A stretch of DNA of 64,000 nt from Mustelus asterias. Taxonomy: Eukaryota. Position 1 is the stretch's first letter; every line of letters starts with the position of its first letter. Under the pieces are notes generated by a model that saw nothing but the letters and a program-made list of their open reading frames with translations, was not told where the DNA came from and made no database searches. The position numbers and the translations under genes were made by a program. This document shows positions 10,771 to 25,300 of this stretch, in pieces. The stretch is from positions 868,001 through 932,000 of the forward strand of contig NW_027590154.1 in NCBI RefSeq assembly GCF_964213995.1. Direction: 5' to 3'.

Positions 10771-13239
10771 GAAAGGGAGGAGAATGTTATGTGACAACCA
10801 GAATATCAGTTTCAAATTTCTATCCTGTGCTTACATTCATTGCTTTGACAGATGTTTTTATTTACAAGGGATTAGAATGGAAGGATTTTCAGTCAGAAAT
10901 ATCTTGGTTCATTTGGACACGACTATCATCAGCGATCAAATGTCAGAGGAACACTGATGCCCTGTTCAAAAAGATTTCAATCATCAGTGCGAATGGAAAA
11001 GTTGTGTGATGCACATTCCCAAGAGAGAGAGAGATTTCCAGGGAAAGAGACATAAGAATATATGAACAAATGAACTCGGAGTAGGCTACTCAGTCCCTCC
11101 AACCTGCTCCACAATTCAATAAGATCATGGCTGATCTGATTTTAGCCTCAATCCCACAGTCCTGGCAACTCCTAATAACTTTTCAGTCCCTCATTAATCA
11201 AGAATCTATTGCATAAACTGGAGCATAACCTCCCTACTTTTGTAATCATTTCCCCTCACTATGAACAATAACATTCTATTAGCTTTCCGAATTACTTGCT
11301 GTTCCTGTATATTGGCCTTTTGGGATCCGAGGTGATCAAAAAGTTGCTGACACCTTAATCTAGCCTGTGAAGCAAGTGTGTTCTGTTAGCGTGGTTGGGT
11401 ACCTGAGAGATTGTTGGGAAGCTTGAATGCACATGGAGATCTAGGCCAGACGAATACAGAAAGAAGTTGAAATCCTGGCGGTGGATCCTTGGTGAAGGCA
11501 TCCAACAGAAAGAATTGTATAGGAGAAGATTCCAAAGTGAGATCTTCGAGAGTGTGAGATTGGAAATGCTCACGTGGAAGACAGAATTTCAGTGAGATCA
11601 GTTGGCTCACTGTTTGACAACCATCTGGGGAAATGATGAGAAATCCGGAGAAGTTGTATTCGGTGACATCTGTCACTTGGTTTCAGAGTGTGGGGTGTCT
11701 GGCCACATTTCACCGATTGGTTTGCATGGACTGTGAACTTACTGAGAATATTTGAGTGTAAGATAAAGTTTGTAACTTGTGTAATGGTAGAAATCTGTTT
11801 ATATCTGTCAAGGTATTGCTGGGGTGAAGGAGAGTTAATTCTACTTAATGTTTTCTTGTTTAATAAAAGTTTACCAAAAATCTCTGTCTGCTCATCCAGC
11901 TATCTAAACAAAATAATAGTGAGGATCTATCAAGCCATCTTCCATCCTGGAATCTGACATTGCCAGTAGTAACATCAGCTGATACAATAAGGTACTTTCA
12001 CCTCTATGAGGCAGTTCAGCTCTTTTCTCCATGTTTGAACCAAGGCTGTAATGAGGTCAGGAACTCAGTGACCCTTGCAGAACCCAAACTGACCATCAGT
12101 GAGTAGTTTCTTCTGAAGCAAGTGCCACTTAACAGCAGATATCCCCTTTCATCACTTTACTGATGATCAAGGGAGGTTGAATGCACCAATAATTGGCCGG
12201 GTAGCATTTGTCCTGCTTTTTGTTTACAGGGTGTACCTGAGCAATTTTCCTCACTGCTGGGTAATCAGTAATTTATAAAGATTCAGGATAACTCCCTGCT
12301 TTGCACTCCATATCTCCATTCATAAACTGAGGACCCCATTAGCTTTTTAAAAAAAACAGCTTTGTCAACTTGCCTTGTCACAATCAATGAATTTTGATAA
12401 AATGCTCTCTCAGAGTTGGTGCAGACTCGATGGGCCAAATGACCTCCTTCTGCACTGCAGGGACTCTATGATAGAACTGGGCATTGCCAGTGTGCATGTG
12501 AAAACAAACACGGTGCTTTTGAATGATGCCACATAGTGGCAGGATGTAGATGAGAGATAGGAGGGGCCTTGGATAGATCCGAGGGGGACTCCGAGTTCAG
12601 GGACTTTGGAGAGAAAAGTGATATGAGATGGAGCGGTTGTTGGCGAGAACGGTGTGGTCACAGATTGATTATTTAGGATGGGTGATGGTGGTGAATTTGA
12701 AGGGAGGAGGGACAGAATTAAAAGAGATTAAAAGAGATTGAGAGCTGCTAACACGGGAAAGGTGGGTGCTCGGTGGTTTAGTGGGAATAGGGTCAATACA
12801 ACAGAAGACAATATGTGCTCTGCGAGGGCATAAGTGAGATATAGGATAGAAACTGGAGAAACATGGGGTTAGGACTTGGATGAGGAACTTTATAGACAGT
12901 CTGGCTCAGTGGGCTAGTGGAAGGAAGGGAAGCAGCAAAGGCAGTTGATCAAATTGTTTCAATCTTAGTGACAAAGAAGCTCCATGAGCTCCTCACACTT
13001 GTTACTGGAGGTAAGGATGGAAGGAGACAGGGGAGAGGGAGAGCCCTTCCAAAGAAATTAACATGAATGAATATTAAAAAGATTTACCGCACTGTGTGCT
13101 TCAGACAAAACTGATTTATTTTCCTTTGATCAACAATATTAACAACTGTAACAGGCCTGGAGTTTATTCACATGAACAGAAACCGACTCCACTGAAGATG
13201 GTCGTCGTGGATGAGATTAATAGGAAAATCCAATCAATG

Positions 13240-14180
<941 letters not shown>

Positions 14181-15371
14181 CAAAATTTGATGATATTCAG
14201 TTCCAATAATTTGGGCAACTTTGTCAGATCCCGATATGATGTTTGGTTTCCGGATTCCCTGTTGCAAAACCATCCCTTCTAAGGTCCTGTCAAGTGAATT
14301 TAAAACAGAAAAAAAAGTGAGGGAATCCACAAAACACAAAGGCAGGTTGTGAAATTGAGCTGAATAAATATGGCAATTTTTGGGGCTGGTACGAGGAAAA
14401 AGTGAGCATGGAAACTGCTGGATTGTTAAAAACCCAACTGGCTCATTAATAACCTTCAGGGAAGGGAAGCTGACCCCCATCTGAGCCGACACAAGATTAT
14501 GACCTCTATGAGGGGAGAAGAGGGAGAGAGGATTGGAAGCAGAAGAAGAGAAAGAGAGTGATTTTCTATTTGTACAAATCAACCAGGATTTTAACAGAAT
14601 CTCGCAAACCCTCAACCATCATGTCCGAGAAGGAGCAGTTACCAAGTGTATGTGAATGCTATCACCTCCGGGTTCTCCTCCAAGGCGCACACAGTTCTGA
14701 CAGTAAGTAATGGATGAGCAGAAATTTCCTCTACTTCAATATTGGGAAGACTGATGCTACTGTCTTCAGCCCCAGCTACAAACTCCACTCTTGAGCCACT
14801 GACTCCATCCCTCTGCCTGATAACTGTTTGAGTCTGAAGCAGATTGTTCAAACCGTTGGTGTGATATCTGACCCCAAGACAAGCTCCTGACCACATTTTT
14901 GCATCATCTTCAAGACTGAATTCCACCTCAGTAACATTTCCTGACTCCACCCCAGACTCAGCTCATCTGCTGCTGAACCACGGATCAATTCCTTTGTTAC
15001 CTCTGAGATATCTACACTCCTCTAATTCTGACTTCCTGAGTATTCCTGATTTTATTTACTCCATGTTGTGTGGCCTCACCTGAAGCTGCTAAGACCACAA
15101 ATTCTGGAATTTCCTCCCTAACCTTCTCTATCTTACATTCCTTCATTAAAACACTCCTTAAAACTGACCTCTGCTTCCGGTAGCCCATGACTTTACAAAA
15201 GCAATCACCATCAGTCCCAGATAAAAATTCAGAAGAGACAATTTTTTTTCTCTTGGTATGAGTTTTCTCTGTTAAATCTTCCTCATCTAGCCCCCTGTAA
15301 CAGGAGTTTCCAAAATCCAACTCTGTCAGTCCAGAATAGAAATTCACAACATTCTCTCCTCCTGCTGCCTG

Positions 15372-15912
15372 GTCCAGGATGTCCCCGCCTGGTGATTGTC
15401 GAGCGGTGTTCATTCATCCGTTGTCGTAGGGTCTGCCTGGTCTCCCCAATGTACCATGCCTTGGGATATCCGTTCCTGCAGCGTATCAGGTAGACAGCAG
15501 GACGGCCTCAACTGGGATCTTGGGTTCATGTCACACTATCTGTAATCCCCACAACTTGACTGGGCTTGCAGCATCTCACTAACTGTCCTGGCTGGAGACA
15601 ATACACATCTCTTGTCCTGGCTGGAGACAATACACATCTCTTTAACCTGTGCTTAACCCTCTCTCCACTCACATTATCCGTCGCTTTAAGACTTGATTAC
15701 CTGTAAAGACTCGCATTTCAATCTTTATTTTGTAAATTGAGTTAGTGTCTTTATATGTCCTGTTTGTGAACAGAACTCCCACTCACCTGATGAAGGGGCA
15801 GCGCTCCGAAAGCTAGTGGCTTGCGCTACCAAATAAACCTGTTGGACTTTAACCTGGTGTTGTGAGACCTCTTACTGTGTTTACCCCAGTCCAACGCCGG
15901 CATCTCCACATC
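15372..15912. mobile_element. Penelope-like element remnant (inverted GIY-YIG piece plus pLTR with hammerhead motif)
   Basis: Minus ~15385-15496 encodes VYLIRCRNGYPKAWYIGETRQTLRQRMNEHR; plus ~15500 encodes DGLNWDLGFMSHY, followed by the pLTR. Confidence 0.8.
15782..15819 (+). ncRNA. Minimal type I hammerhead ribozyme motif in Penelope pLTR
   Basis: CAC-CTGATGA-A-GGGGC-AGC-GCTCC-GAA-AGCT-A-GTG: catalytic core, stem II, palindromic stem III, stem I. Confidence 0.65.
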
Positions 15913-15914
15913 TT

Positions 15915-17105
15915 GATGACAGAAGCCAGAGGGTAGCTGTAGAAAGTTGTTGTTCAAACTGGAGAATGTGACCAGCGATGTGCCTTAGGGATTGGTGCTG
16001 GGTCCACTGTTACTTGTCATTTATATTAATGATTTGGATGAGAAATAAGGAGGCATGGTTAGTAAGTTTGCAGATGACACCAAGGTTGGTGGCATAGTGG
16101 ACAGTGAAGAAGGTTATCTCCGATTGCAACAGGATCTTATCAATTGGGCCAGTGGGCTGACGAATGGCAGATGCAGTTTAATTTAGATAAATGCGAGGTG
16201 ATGCATTTTGGTAGATTGAACCAGGGCAGGATTTACTGAGTTAATGGTAGGGCATTGGGGAGAGTTATGGAACATAGAGATCTTGGGGTACATGTTCATA
16301 GCTCCTTGAAAGTGGAGTCACAGGTGGACAGAGTGGTGAAAAAGGCATTCAACATGCCTGGTTTCATTGGTCAGAACATTGAATACAGGAGTTGGGACGT
16401 CTGTTGAAGTTGTACAAGACATTGGTAAAGCCACACTTGGAATGCTGTGTACGGTTCTGGTCACTCTATTATAGAAAGGATATTATTAAACTAGAAAGAG
16501 TGCAGAAGAGATTTACTAGGATGCGACCGGGACTTGATGGTTTGAGTTCTAATGAAAGGCTTGATGGACTGGGACTTTTTTCTCTGGAGCGTAGAAGGCT
16601 GAGGGGTGATCTTATAGAGGTCTATAAAATAATGAGGGGCATAGATCAGCCAGAAAGTCAATATCTTTTCCCAAAGACAGGGGAGTCTAAAACTAGACGG
16701 CATTGGTTTAAGATAGAGTGGAGGGATACAAAAGGGTACAGAGGGGCAGTTTTTTTTCACACAGAGGGCGGTGAGTGTCTGGAACAAGCTGCCAGAGGTA
16801 TTAGTAGAGGCGGGTACAATTTTGTCTTTTAAAAAGCATTTAGACAGTTACATGGGTAAAATGGGTAGAGAGGGATCTGGGCCAAATGCGGGCAATTGGG
16901 ACTAGCTTCGGGGTTTAAAAAAAAGTGCAGCATGGACAAGTTGGGCCGAATGGCCTGTTTCCATGCTGTCAACCTCTATGACTCTATGGACAGAGAGGGA
17001 TTTGGGCCAAACATGGGCAATAGGGACTAGCTTAGTGGTTTCAAAAAAAGTGGGCAGCATGGACAAGTTGGGCTGAAGGGCCATGCTGTAAACCTCTATG
17101 ACTCT
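15915..17105 (+). mobile_element. CR1 LINE, 5'-truncated, with tandemly duplicated 3' UTR
   Basis: SKFADDTK at ~16060; ORF 16392..16832; tail GCAGCATGGACAAGTTGGGC...AACCTCTATGACTCT occurs twice. Confidence 0.9.
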
Positions 17106-17204
17106 GTGACCTCAATGACTGAACTGTGTTCATTGGGGTGAGTTTCTGTTGATAAACGCCAGAGGCTAATGTTTTTGATAATCAAATTAGTCATCTTTAT
17201 GTTA

Positions 17205-18155
17205 ATGAAGTTTGTAATATATATAAATGACTTGGAAGAAAATGTAGCTGCTCTGATTAGCAAGTTTGCAGATGATACTAAGCTTGATGGAGTTGCGGAT
17301 AGTGATGAAGATTGTCAGAAAATACAGCAGGATATAGATAAGCTGGAAAAATGGGCAGAGAAATGGCAGATGGAATTTAATCTGGAGAAGTGCGAGGTGA
17401 TGCATTTTGGTAGCTCCAATTCAGGTGGGAGCTATAAAATAAATGGCAGAACCATCGGCATCATAGACACACAGAGAGATCTGTGAGTACAGGTCCACAG
17501 ATCCTTAAAAGTGGCAGCACAGGTGGAAGAGGTGGTGAAGAATGCATATGGCATGCTTGCCTTCATCGGATGGGGCATCGAGTATAAAAGTTGGCAAATT
17601 ATGTTACAGTTGTATAAAACATTGATTCGGCCACATTTGGAATACTGTGTCCAATTCTGGTCACCACACTACCAGAAGGACGTGAAGGCTTTGGAGAGAG
17701 TACAGAAAAAGTTTGCCAGGATGTTATCTGGTTTGGAGGGTATTAGCTATAAGGAAAGATTGAATAAACTGGGATTGTTCTCATTGGAAAGACAGAGGGT
17801 GAGGGGCGACCTGATAGAAGTTTATAAAATTATGAGTGGTATAGATAGAGTGAATAGTTGGACGCTTTTTCCCAGGGCAGAAATGACAATTACAAGGGGG
17901 CACAGGTTCAAGATAAGGGGGGAAAAGATTCAGTGGAGATGTGCGGAGGAACTCTTTTACAGAGCGGTTGGGGGTCTGGAATGCACTGCCAAGTGAGGTG
18001 GTTGAGGCAGTTATGTTAGTCATACTTAAGAACTTATCTTGATAGGCATATGAACAAATGGGGAATAAGCAGTTGGTCTAGATAGGACAATGTGATTGGC
18101 GCAGGCTTGGAGGGCCGAAGGGTCTGTTCCTGTGCAGTACTGTTCTTTGTTCTTT
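17205..18155 (+). mobile_element. CR1 LINE, 5'-truncated
   Basis: ORFs 17169..17486 (ISKFADDTK) and 17511..17996 (RPHLEYCVQFWSPHY); tail TGTTCTTTGTTCTTT. Confidence 0.9.
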
Positions 18156-18194
18156 AAACATGCTGCATTGAGTCTTTTTAATATCTTATTGTGG

Positions 18195-18370
18195 ACTGGC
18201 TTCAGACATCAGACGACGCAACTGTGCACCAGCACTCACACACTAAGGAGAGATCATTCACCTGTACCATGTCTGGGAATGGATTCACTCTGTCATCCAC
18301 TCAGCTGAGACACCAGCGAGTTCACAAGTAACTACAACGATTGAATTCTGCTGTTAATCACATCCAGGCG
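18195..18370 (+). pseudogene. Remnant of the 3' end of a zinc-finger gene (Z4)
   Basis: About 1.5 decayed fingers (GGATTCACTCTGTCATCC...CACCAGCGAGTTCACAAGTAA) followed by the family tail TTCTGCTGTTAATCACATCCAGG. Confidence 0.7.
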
Positions 18371-19099
18371 TGCACAATGCTAATTGGGATTGTAAAATAA
18401 AAGCAGAAATACTACAGTTGCTGGAAAGCTGAAATAAAACCAGAAAATGCTAAAATAAAGTCAGCAGGTCTGGCAGCATCCATGGAGCGAGAAACAGAGT
18501 TAACGTGAACTCTGGGTGAACTCTGAAGAGCCAAATGGACTTGAAATATTAACAGATAATGTCAGACCCGCTGTTTTTTTTCCAGTACTTTTCTGGTTTT
18601 ATTATTGCTTATCATGGTCTGTTTCTGCTGAAGTTAATAAACTCCAGACCACTTATGAATGCTAATATTCTGGGTAAAAGTCAAGTAAATAAGCTTTGTA
18701 TTTAAACACATTGTAAGATGAGTTTTAATATCCCAAACACGAATTAGTTCATCTTGAAGCAATCTCCCTCCTCACTGTCTCAACTCCAACAAAAAGTGCA
18801 AGGAGGCTATGAACTTTTTTTCCTTATTTTGTGTGTGAACTACCAGAAATGTTGCAGTCAAATATCGAACATTTGGGGACATCACAGGCATCAGCACACA
18901 CAGAGTGCAATGGGATAGCCTCGTCCTGGGCAAACCTCCTGCTTGATCATGGTTCCACCCCTCCCTGCCAGGTTGTGGATTTAGTTGTGGACTCCAAAGA
19001 AAATATGGAGCGGGTGAGGGTGAATTGTGCCCATCAGGGAAGTTGGTTCAGGTTTAGGGGTTTCCATATAATATAAATACTGATTTTGCAATGCGCTTC

Positions 19100-19520
19100 T
19101 CCAATGGGAATTCGAACCGAATACGAATGTTTAAACTTTCCATCATCAACCTGAGTCATCAATGGCGGCGGCTTTACCCAGCATCCCCCGCGCTGCAGAA
19201 TGTCCCCTATCAGTGAGTGCGGGTGCGCAGGCGCAGTGTGCACTCTGAGCATGCTCAGTGACAGTCATGGTACCGGGGAAGGTTCGGGAGGAGACAGTGA
19301 GCACAGGGTAGGAATGGAAACCGCGGCACCAACTTCCTGCAGCCTCGGCCTTACCGCGGGGACAGGCCCGGGGGGAGCGCTGGAGTCACCGGCTGGACGT
19401 TGCAGAGGATCCGCAAACCCTTCAGAATCATTGTCAGCTCCCTGGTTTGCAGCTGCGGGGCTTCTCCCTCCCTCCCTCCCTCCCTCCCGGGAACAGGCCC
19501 AGGTTAACGGCCCCATCCTG
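19100..19520 (+). promoter_or_regulatory. CpG-rich promoter, probably of Z5
   Basis: GC/CpG-rich; YY1-like AATGGCGGC (19161), NRF1-like TGCGCAGGCGCA (19224), CCAAT; upstream of the family 5' module at ~19700-20150. Confidence 0.6.
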
Positions 19521-21019
19521 GCTCAGCCACTGGAGGATGGTTCACATCAGAGGATGGGGGAGGGGGACAATAAATAAGGTTACACTTTGGCCTCAAATCA
19601 ATGAGGACTCTGATCTCTGGGAAGGAAGGAAACCCTGGGAGGTGGGCGGGGAGGATTCACAAACACCCTCTGGAGGCCCCAACACCCCCAATAAGACCCA
19701 TTGGTTTTATTGTCAGTCTGCAGACAGCAGCTGGAGAACTGAACCCAGACAGAGGACAGGGAGGGAGAAAACTGGGAGTGGAGGAAATAAATGGTGCGAT
19801 GGGTTTGGATTTCAGTCAGAAGTTTAACAACACCAGGTTAAAGTCCAACAGGTTTATTTGGTAGCAAAAGCCACACAAGCTTTCGGAGCCTTTGGATTTC
19901 AGCCCAGGGAGGAGGAAGAGTGTGTGGGACGGGGTTTACAGATTTCGAGGAACAAGAGAGGAAAAAATGTTCCAGAGAAACAAGAATTGTCTGTTCAGAG
20001 TTTCTATCCTGGACCGACGGTGATAGATTTTTGAATCGGTTTTTAAAGAGGCTTTCAAGGGGAGGATTTACACACATAGAAAACTCAAACCAAGAGAAAT
20101 GTTTGTTTCTTTGTGATTTCTATCCTGCATTGACAGCAATGGGTTTTGTAAACTGAATGATGTCAGCTGTCATAAAAGATTAATGGGGTTGGACCATTTT
20201 TCTTTAGGAAACAAGGGATTAAGCAGTAACCCGACTATCAGATGCTTGGACAGGGGAGATGTGGAGAAATACTTCCATTGGTGTGAGAGAGTCTAAAACA
20301 AGAGACCATCAATAAGCAAAGAGTGATAAATACAAGATAATTACAAATCAATCCAGAACGGAGATAAGGACAAATTTATTTACTCTCAGATTGAGAATGT
20401 GGAACTCATTAATACAGGAAAGTGCTGAGCTGCTGTCAGAAGGAAACAAGCACATCAGAGAAAGAGAAATAGAAAGATCAGCTGAAAGGCTGAGATGTGG
20501 CAGATGGGATCAGAGGTGGCTGAGATGTGGTAGGTGGGACAGGAGGAGATTTGTGTCAAGTATAAACAGCAGCAGAATAATTGGACCAACTGGACTGTCT
20601 GTGTCTTGTATATTTTAAGTAATTGAATGTTATCTCTTTTTACAGAATATTTGCAGATTGGAAATTCAAACCGAATATCATGTCAAGATTGGTCAGAGTC
20701 ACTTGATTCATCAGGAGCTGATCATCATCAGCCTATGAATGTGGAAGGAGAAATGCTTGTCTGTTTTGGAACAGAGCTTTAAGCAGTCACGCAGCATGAA
20801 AATAAGTTACATATTTACATCTGGGAGATACCGTACTCGTGTGTGGATGAGGCGTCAATTGATCATCCAACCTGGAGAGACATAAGGACATCTGCACCAT
20901 AGGAACAAGGAGCAACAAAAGGCCATTTAGCCCTTTGAACCTGCTTCACCATTGAATAACATCATGGTTTATCTGATAGTGAGCTCAAATCTGCATCCCA
21001 CCTACACCTGTCGATAATC

Positions 21020-22168
21020 ATGGAGAAACCATGGAAATGTAGAGACTGTGGGACGGGATTCAATTACCCATCGGAATTGGAAACTCATCGACGTATTCAC
21101 ACTGGGGAGAAGCCATTCACCTGTCCTGTGTGTGGGAAGGGATTCACTCAGTCATCCAGCCTGTACACACACCAGCATGTCCATACTGGTGAGAGGCCAT
21201 TTACCTGTCTTCAATGTGGGAAGGGATTTAATGCTTTATCAAACCTCCAGACTCACCACCAGGTTCACTCTGATCAGAGACCGTTTAAATGTTGTGAGTG
21301 TGGGAAGAGCTTTAAAAGCAGAAAGGATTTATTGATTCACCAATGCACTCACACTGGGGAGAGGCCGTTCATCTGCAACATGTGTGGGAAGGGATTCACT
21401 CAGTCATCCCACCTCCTGACACACCAAAGTGTTCACACTGATCAGAGACCATTTAAATGTTCTGATTGTGAGAAGAACTTTAAAAGTACAAAGGATTTAC
21501 TGATTCACCAACGCACTCACACCGGGGAGAGGCCGTTCATCTGCTCCGTGTGTGGGAAGGGATTCACTTGTTCATCCCACCTCCTGACACACCGATTTGT
21601 TCACACTGATCAGAGACCTTTCAATTGTTCTGAATGTGATAAAACATTTAAAAGCAAAAAGGATCTTCTGAAACACCAGCACACTCACACTGGGGAGAGG
21701 CCGTTCACCTGCTCTCTCTGTGGGAAGGGATTCACTCGGTTAGCCCACCTTCTGAGACACCATCGAGTTCACACTGGGGAGAGGCCGTTCACCTGCCCTG
21801 TGTGTTGTCAGGAATTCATTGATACATCCGACCTTCTGATACACCGGCGAGTTCACACTGGAGAGAGACCGTACACTTGCCTCCTGTGCGGCAAGAGATT
21901 CACTCAGTCATCCCACCTGACTACACACCAACTTGTTCACACTGATCAGAGACCTTTTGAATGTTATGATTGTGAGAAGAGATTTAAAAGTAAACAGAAT
22001 CTGCTGAAACACCAGCGAGTTCACACTGGGGAAAGGCTGTTCAACTGCTCCATGTGTGGGAAAGGATTCGCTCAGTCAAACAACCTGCTGAAACACCAGC
22101 AAGTTCACAGGCAACAGCAGGGGTTGGATTCTGCTGTTATTGCTGCTGTTAATCACATCCAGGACTGA
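21020..22168 (+). CDS. C2H2 zinc-finger protein Z5, 13 intact fingers, no KRAB or other effector domain
   Basis: Complete 382-aa ORF MEKPWKC...QGLDSAVIAAVNHIQD; all Zn ligands present. Confidence 0.92.
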   Translation: MEKPWKCRDCGTGFNYPSELETHRRIHTGEKPFTCPVCGKGFTQSSSLYTHQHVHTGERPFTCLQCGKGFNALSNLQTHHQVHSDQRPFKCCECGKSFKSRKDLLIHQCTHTGERPFICNMCGKGFTQSSHLLTHQSVHTDQRPFKCSDCEKNFKSTKDLLIHQRTHTGERPFICSVCGKGFTCSSHLLTHRFVHTDQRPFNCSECDKTFKSKKDLLKHQHTHTGERPFTCSLCGKGFTRLAHLLRHHRVHTGERPFTCPVCCQEFIDTSDLLIHRRVHTGERPYTCLLCGKRFTQSSHLTTHQLVHTDQRPFECYDCEKRFKSKQNLLKHQRVHTGERLFNCSMCGKGFAQSNNLLKHQQVHRQQQGLDSAVIAAVNHIQD

Positions 22169-22169
22169 A

Positions 22170-23940
22170 TAGTGTCTGGTTACCAGTGAGGTTCCACAGT
22201 TTTGTGGTGTATATCAATGACTTAGACTTAAATGTAAGGCTCATGATTCAGTTTGCAGATGATACAACAATTGTATTTGTGTTTAACAATCCAGAAGAAA
22301 GCCGTGGACTGCAGGAAGATATCAGTGGGCTGGTCAGATGGGCAGAAAAATGGCACATGGAATTCGATCTGGAGCAGTGAGAGAGAATGAATTTGGGACA
22401 TTAGACAAGACAAGGGAATGAACAATAAAGGGATGATGCTGAGAATTATAGAGGATCAGAGAGAACCTGGAGTCAACATCCAGGCATCCGTGAAGGAGGC
22501 TGGACAGGTAGATCATAAGACCATAAGATGTAGGAGCAGAATGAGGCCATTCAGCCCATTGAGTCTGCTCTGCCATTCAATCAAGGCTGATAAGTGTCTC
22601 AATCAGGTGGTCAAGAAGACATTTGGCCCAAGCCTAGTATATAAGAGGAGGGAGATTATGCTCAAACTGAAGCAGAGAGTGGGAATAAATGGATCCTTTT
22701 CAGAGTGGGAAGCAGTGACGAGTGGGTCCGGCAGGTTCAGTGCTGCAACCCCAGCTGTTCATAATATACATTAATGATTTGGATGAAGGAATTGAATGCA
22801 ATATCTCCAATTTTCAGCCGACACTAAGCTGGGTGGCAGTGTGTGCTGTGAGGAGGATCCTTAGAGGCTACAGGGGGGCTTGGACAGGCTGAGTGGGCAG
22901 ATACTTGGCAAATGCAATATAATGTGGATAAATGTGAGGTTATCAACTTTGGTGGCAAAAACAGGAAGAAAGATTATTATCTGAATGGTGGCAGTTTAGG
23001 AAAAGGGGAAGTGCATCGTGACCTGGGTGTCATGGTGGGACAGTTGCTGAAGGTTGGCATGCAGGTACAGCAGGCAGTGAGGAAAGCTAATGGCATGCTG
23101 GCCTTCATAGCAAGAGGATTTGAGTGTGGGAGTAAAGATGTTTTGCTCAGTTGTACAGGGCCTTGGTGAAGCCACACCTTGGGTATTGTGTGTATTTTTG
23201 GTCTCCTAGTCTGAGGAAGGACATTCTTGCTATTGAGGGAGTCCAGCTAAGGTTCACCAGACTGATTCCTGGAATGGCAGGACTGACAGATGAAGAGAGA
23301 CTGGATCGACCGGGACTGTGATACTGAAAGTGCATGATCTGCCATGATCATATTGAATGGTGGTGAAGGCTCGAAAGGCCGAATAGCCGACTCCTGCACC
23401 TATTTTCTATGTTTATAAAACGCTTCATAAAACGTTCTGTCGAAGGATCATTTAGATCCAAAAGATTAACTCTGTTTGTCCCCACAGATGCTGCCAGACC
23501 TGCTGAGGTTGCCCAGCATAGTCTGTTTATATTTATAAAATGCTAGTTAGAGCAAGCTGGAGTACTGAGCACAGTTCTGGTTACCAGATGAAAGCTGAAG
23601 TGGCAGAAAGCTGAAGTCAGTTGGTGATTTTTTAATATAATTACAATCTGTTCAATTTTCAAATCTAGTGAATAAAGGATTGAAGAATTAGGAGGGTTCG
23701 TGGAGGAATCATTTCACCCGGAGAGTCACGGGGATCTGGAACTCACTGCCTGAAAGGACGGGAGAGGCAGAAACCCTCATCACATTAAACAGGAACTCAG
23801 ATACACAGCTGAGATTCTGTAACACACAGAGGGACAGATCAAGAGCTGGAAAGTAGGATGAAACTGGACAGTACTTTTCCAGCCAGCACAGACCTGATGG
23901 GCTGAATGGCCTCCTGCTGTTCAGTGAATTTTCTATATTT
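22170..23940 (+). mobile_element. Nested CR1 LINE fragments and a Penelope pLTR piece in the Z5 3' UTR
   Basis: FVVYINDLD...QFADDT (22186 ORF); younger CR1 at ~22665-23415 (YNVDKCEV, KANGMLAFI); remainder of the older copy at ~23690-23940. Confidence 0.8.
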
Positions 23941-25019
23941 CAGTTCTGACAGTTGGAGTTTGTTTCTGCTGATGTTAATAACTCCTCGAACTGGGCTGTA
24001 GTGTAATATTCTGGATAAATGTGAAATCAGCTTGATTAAAACACATCAGAGTAGATTTTTTTTCTTTCCCACCTGTGTTATCTGATTGTATTCTGATTTT
24101 CTTATCAGTAACACAACTAACCTCAGCCGCCCCAATCTGCGAATGACTGAGTAAATTCCTTCCCAAACAGCACTGCGAGTGTCCCTCAAACCACAGGGAC
24201 TGCAGCGGTTCAGGAAGGCAGCTCACCACCACCTCAAGGGCAATTAGGAATAGGCAATAAAAATACTGGTCTGGCCAGTGACACCCACACCCCATGAGAA
24301 GAAAATGTCTGTTCAAACAAGACTTAATTAAGGCAGGGCAGGATTATTTGAATAATAAATTTTACAACATTAAATTAACATTAAAATTATTATTAAAGGA
24401 AAGAGGTTTGTATATCAATTCAGGAAAACTTCCAAGATGGTGCTGGAGTGTGGCAACTTCTTGCAAGCTGTGCCCAGCACACCCTCTAATTCTATCTTTG
24501 ACTCGTTCTATGCTTCTAAAACTTTATTCTAACTCTTATGACTGTAACACTACATTCTGCATCCTCTCCTTCTCTACGTACGGTACTCTTTGTCTGTATC
24601 GCACACAAGAACAATACTTTTCACTGTATGCTAATACATATGACAATAATAAATCAAATCAAATCAGACAATGATTTTTACAACTTTATCGAGGTGTTGA
24701 TCCATCACAGTGCTCCCCTCTCAAGACTCTGTCTCAGACACAGTCCCACTTGCTGAGATGTACATGTGATTCTTGCCTCGAGTGAGTGTCTTCATTAATC
24801 AGCCAGCCACAAATCATTATGGAGCCCTGACTTTTCACCCCTGAGTGGCCAGCACCCTGTGTCAGAGTCAACCTTTTCCTCAGTTAAAATAATTACCTCA
24901 AGCTGCTGCTCGGGTAAATCCAATTAGTTCTTAGGCACAGTGGCCACCCAACCTCAGTACATCAGACAAGAATACAAAAGAGTAAAATCTCTTGACTTTC
25001 AAGTACTTCGCTATCCACT

Positions 25020-25300
25020 ATTTAAGGTGAGAGGGGAGAGATACAAAAGTGTCCAGAGGGGCAATTTTTTCACACAGAGGGTGGTGAATGTCTGGAACAA
25101 GCTGCCAGAGGTAGTAGTAAAGGCAGGTACAATTTTAGCTTTTAAAAAGCATTTAGATAGCTACATGATGGGTATAGAGGGATATGGGCCAAATGTGGGC
25201 AATTGGGATTAGTTTAGGGGTTTTTAAAAAAAAGGGTGGCATGGACAAGTTGGGCCGAAGGGCCTGTTTCCATGCTGTAAACCTCTATGACTCTATGACA
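25020..25300 (+). mobile_element. CR1 3' end
   Basis: FKVRGERYKSVQRGNFFTQRVVNVWNKLP and the same tail as the 15915 copy. Confidence 0.85.
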
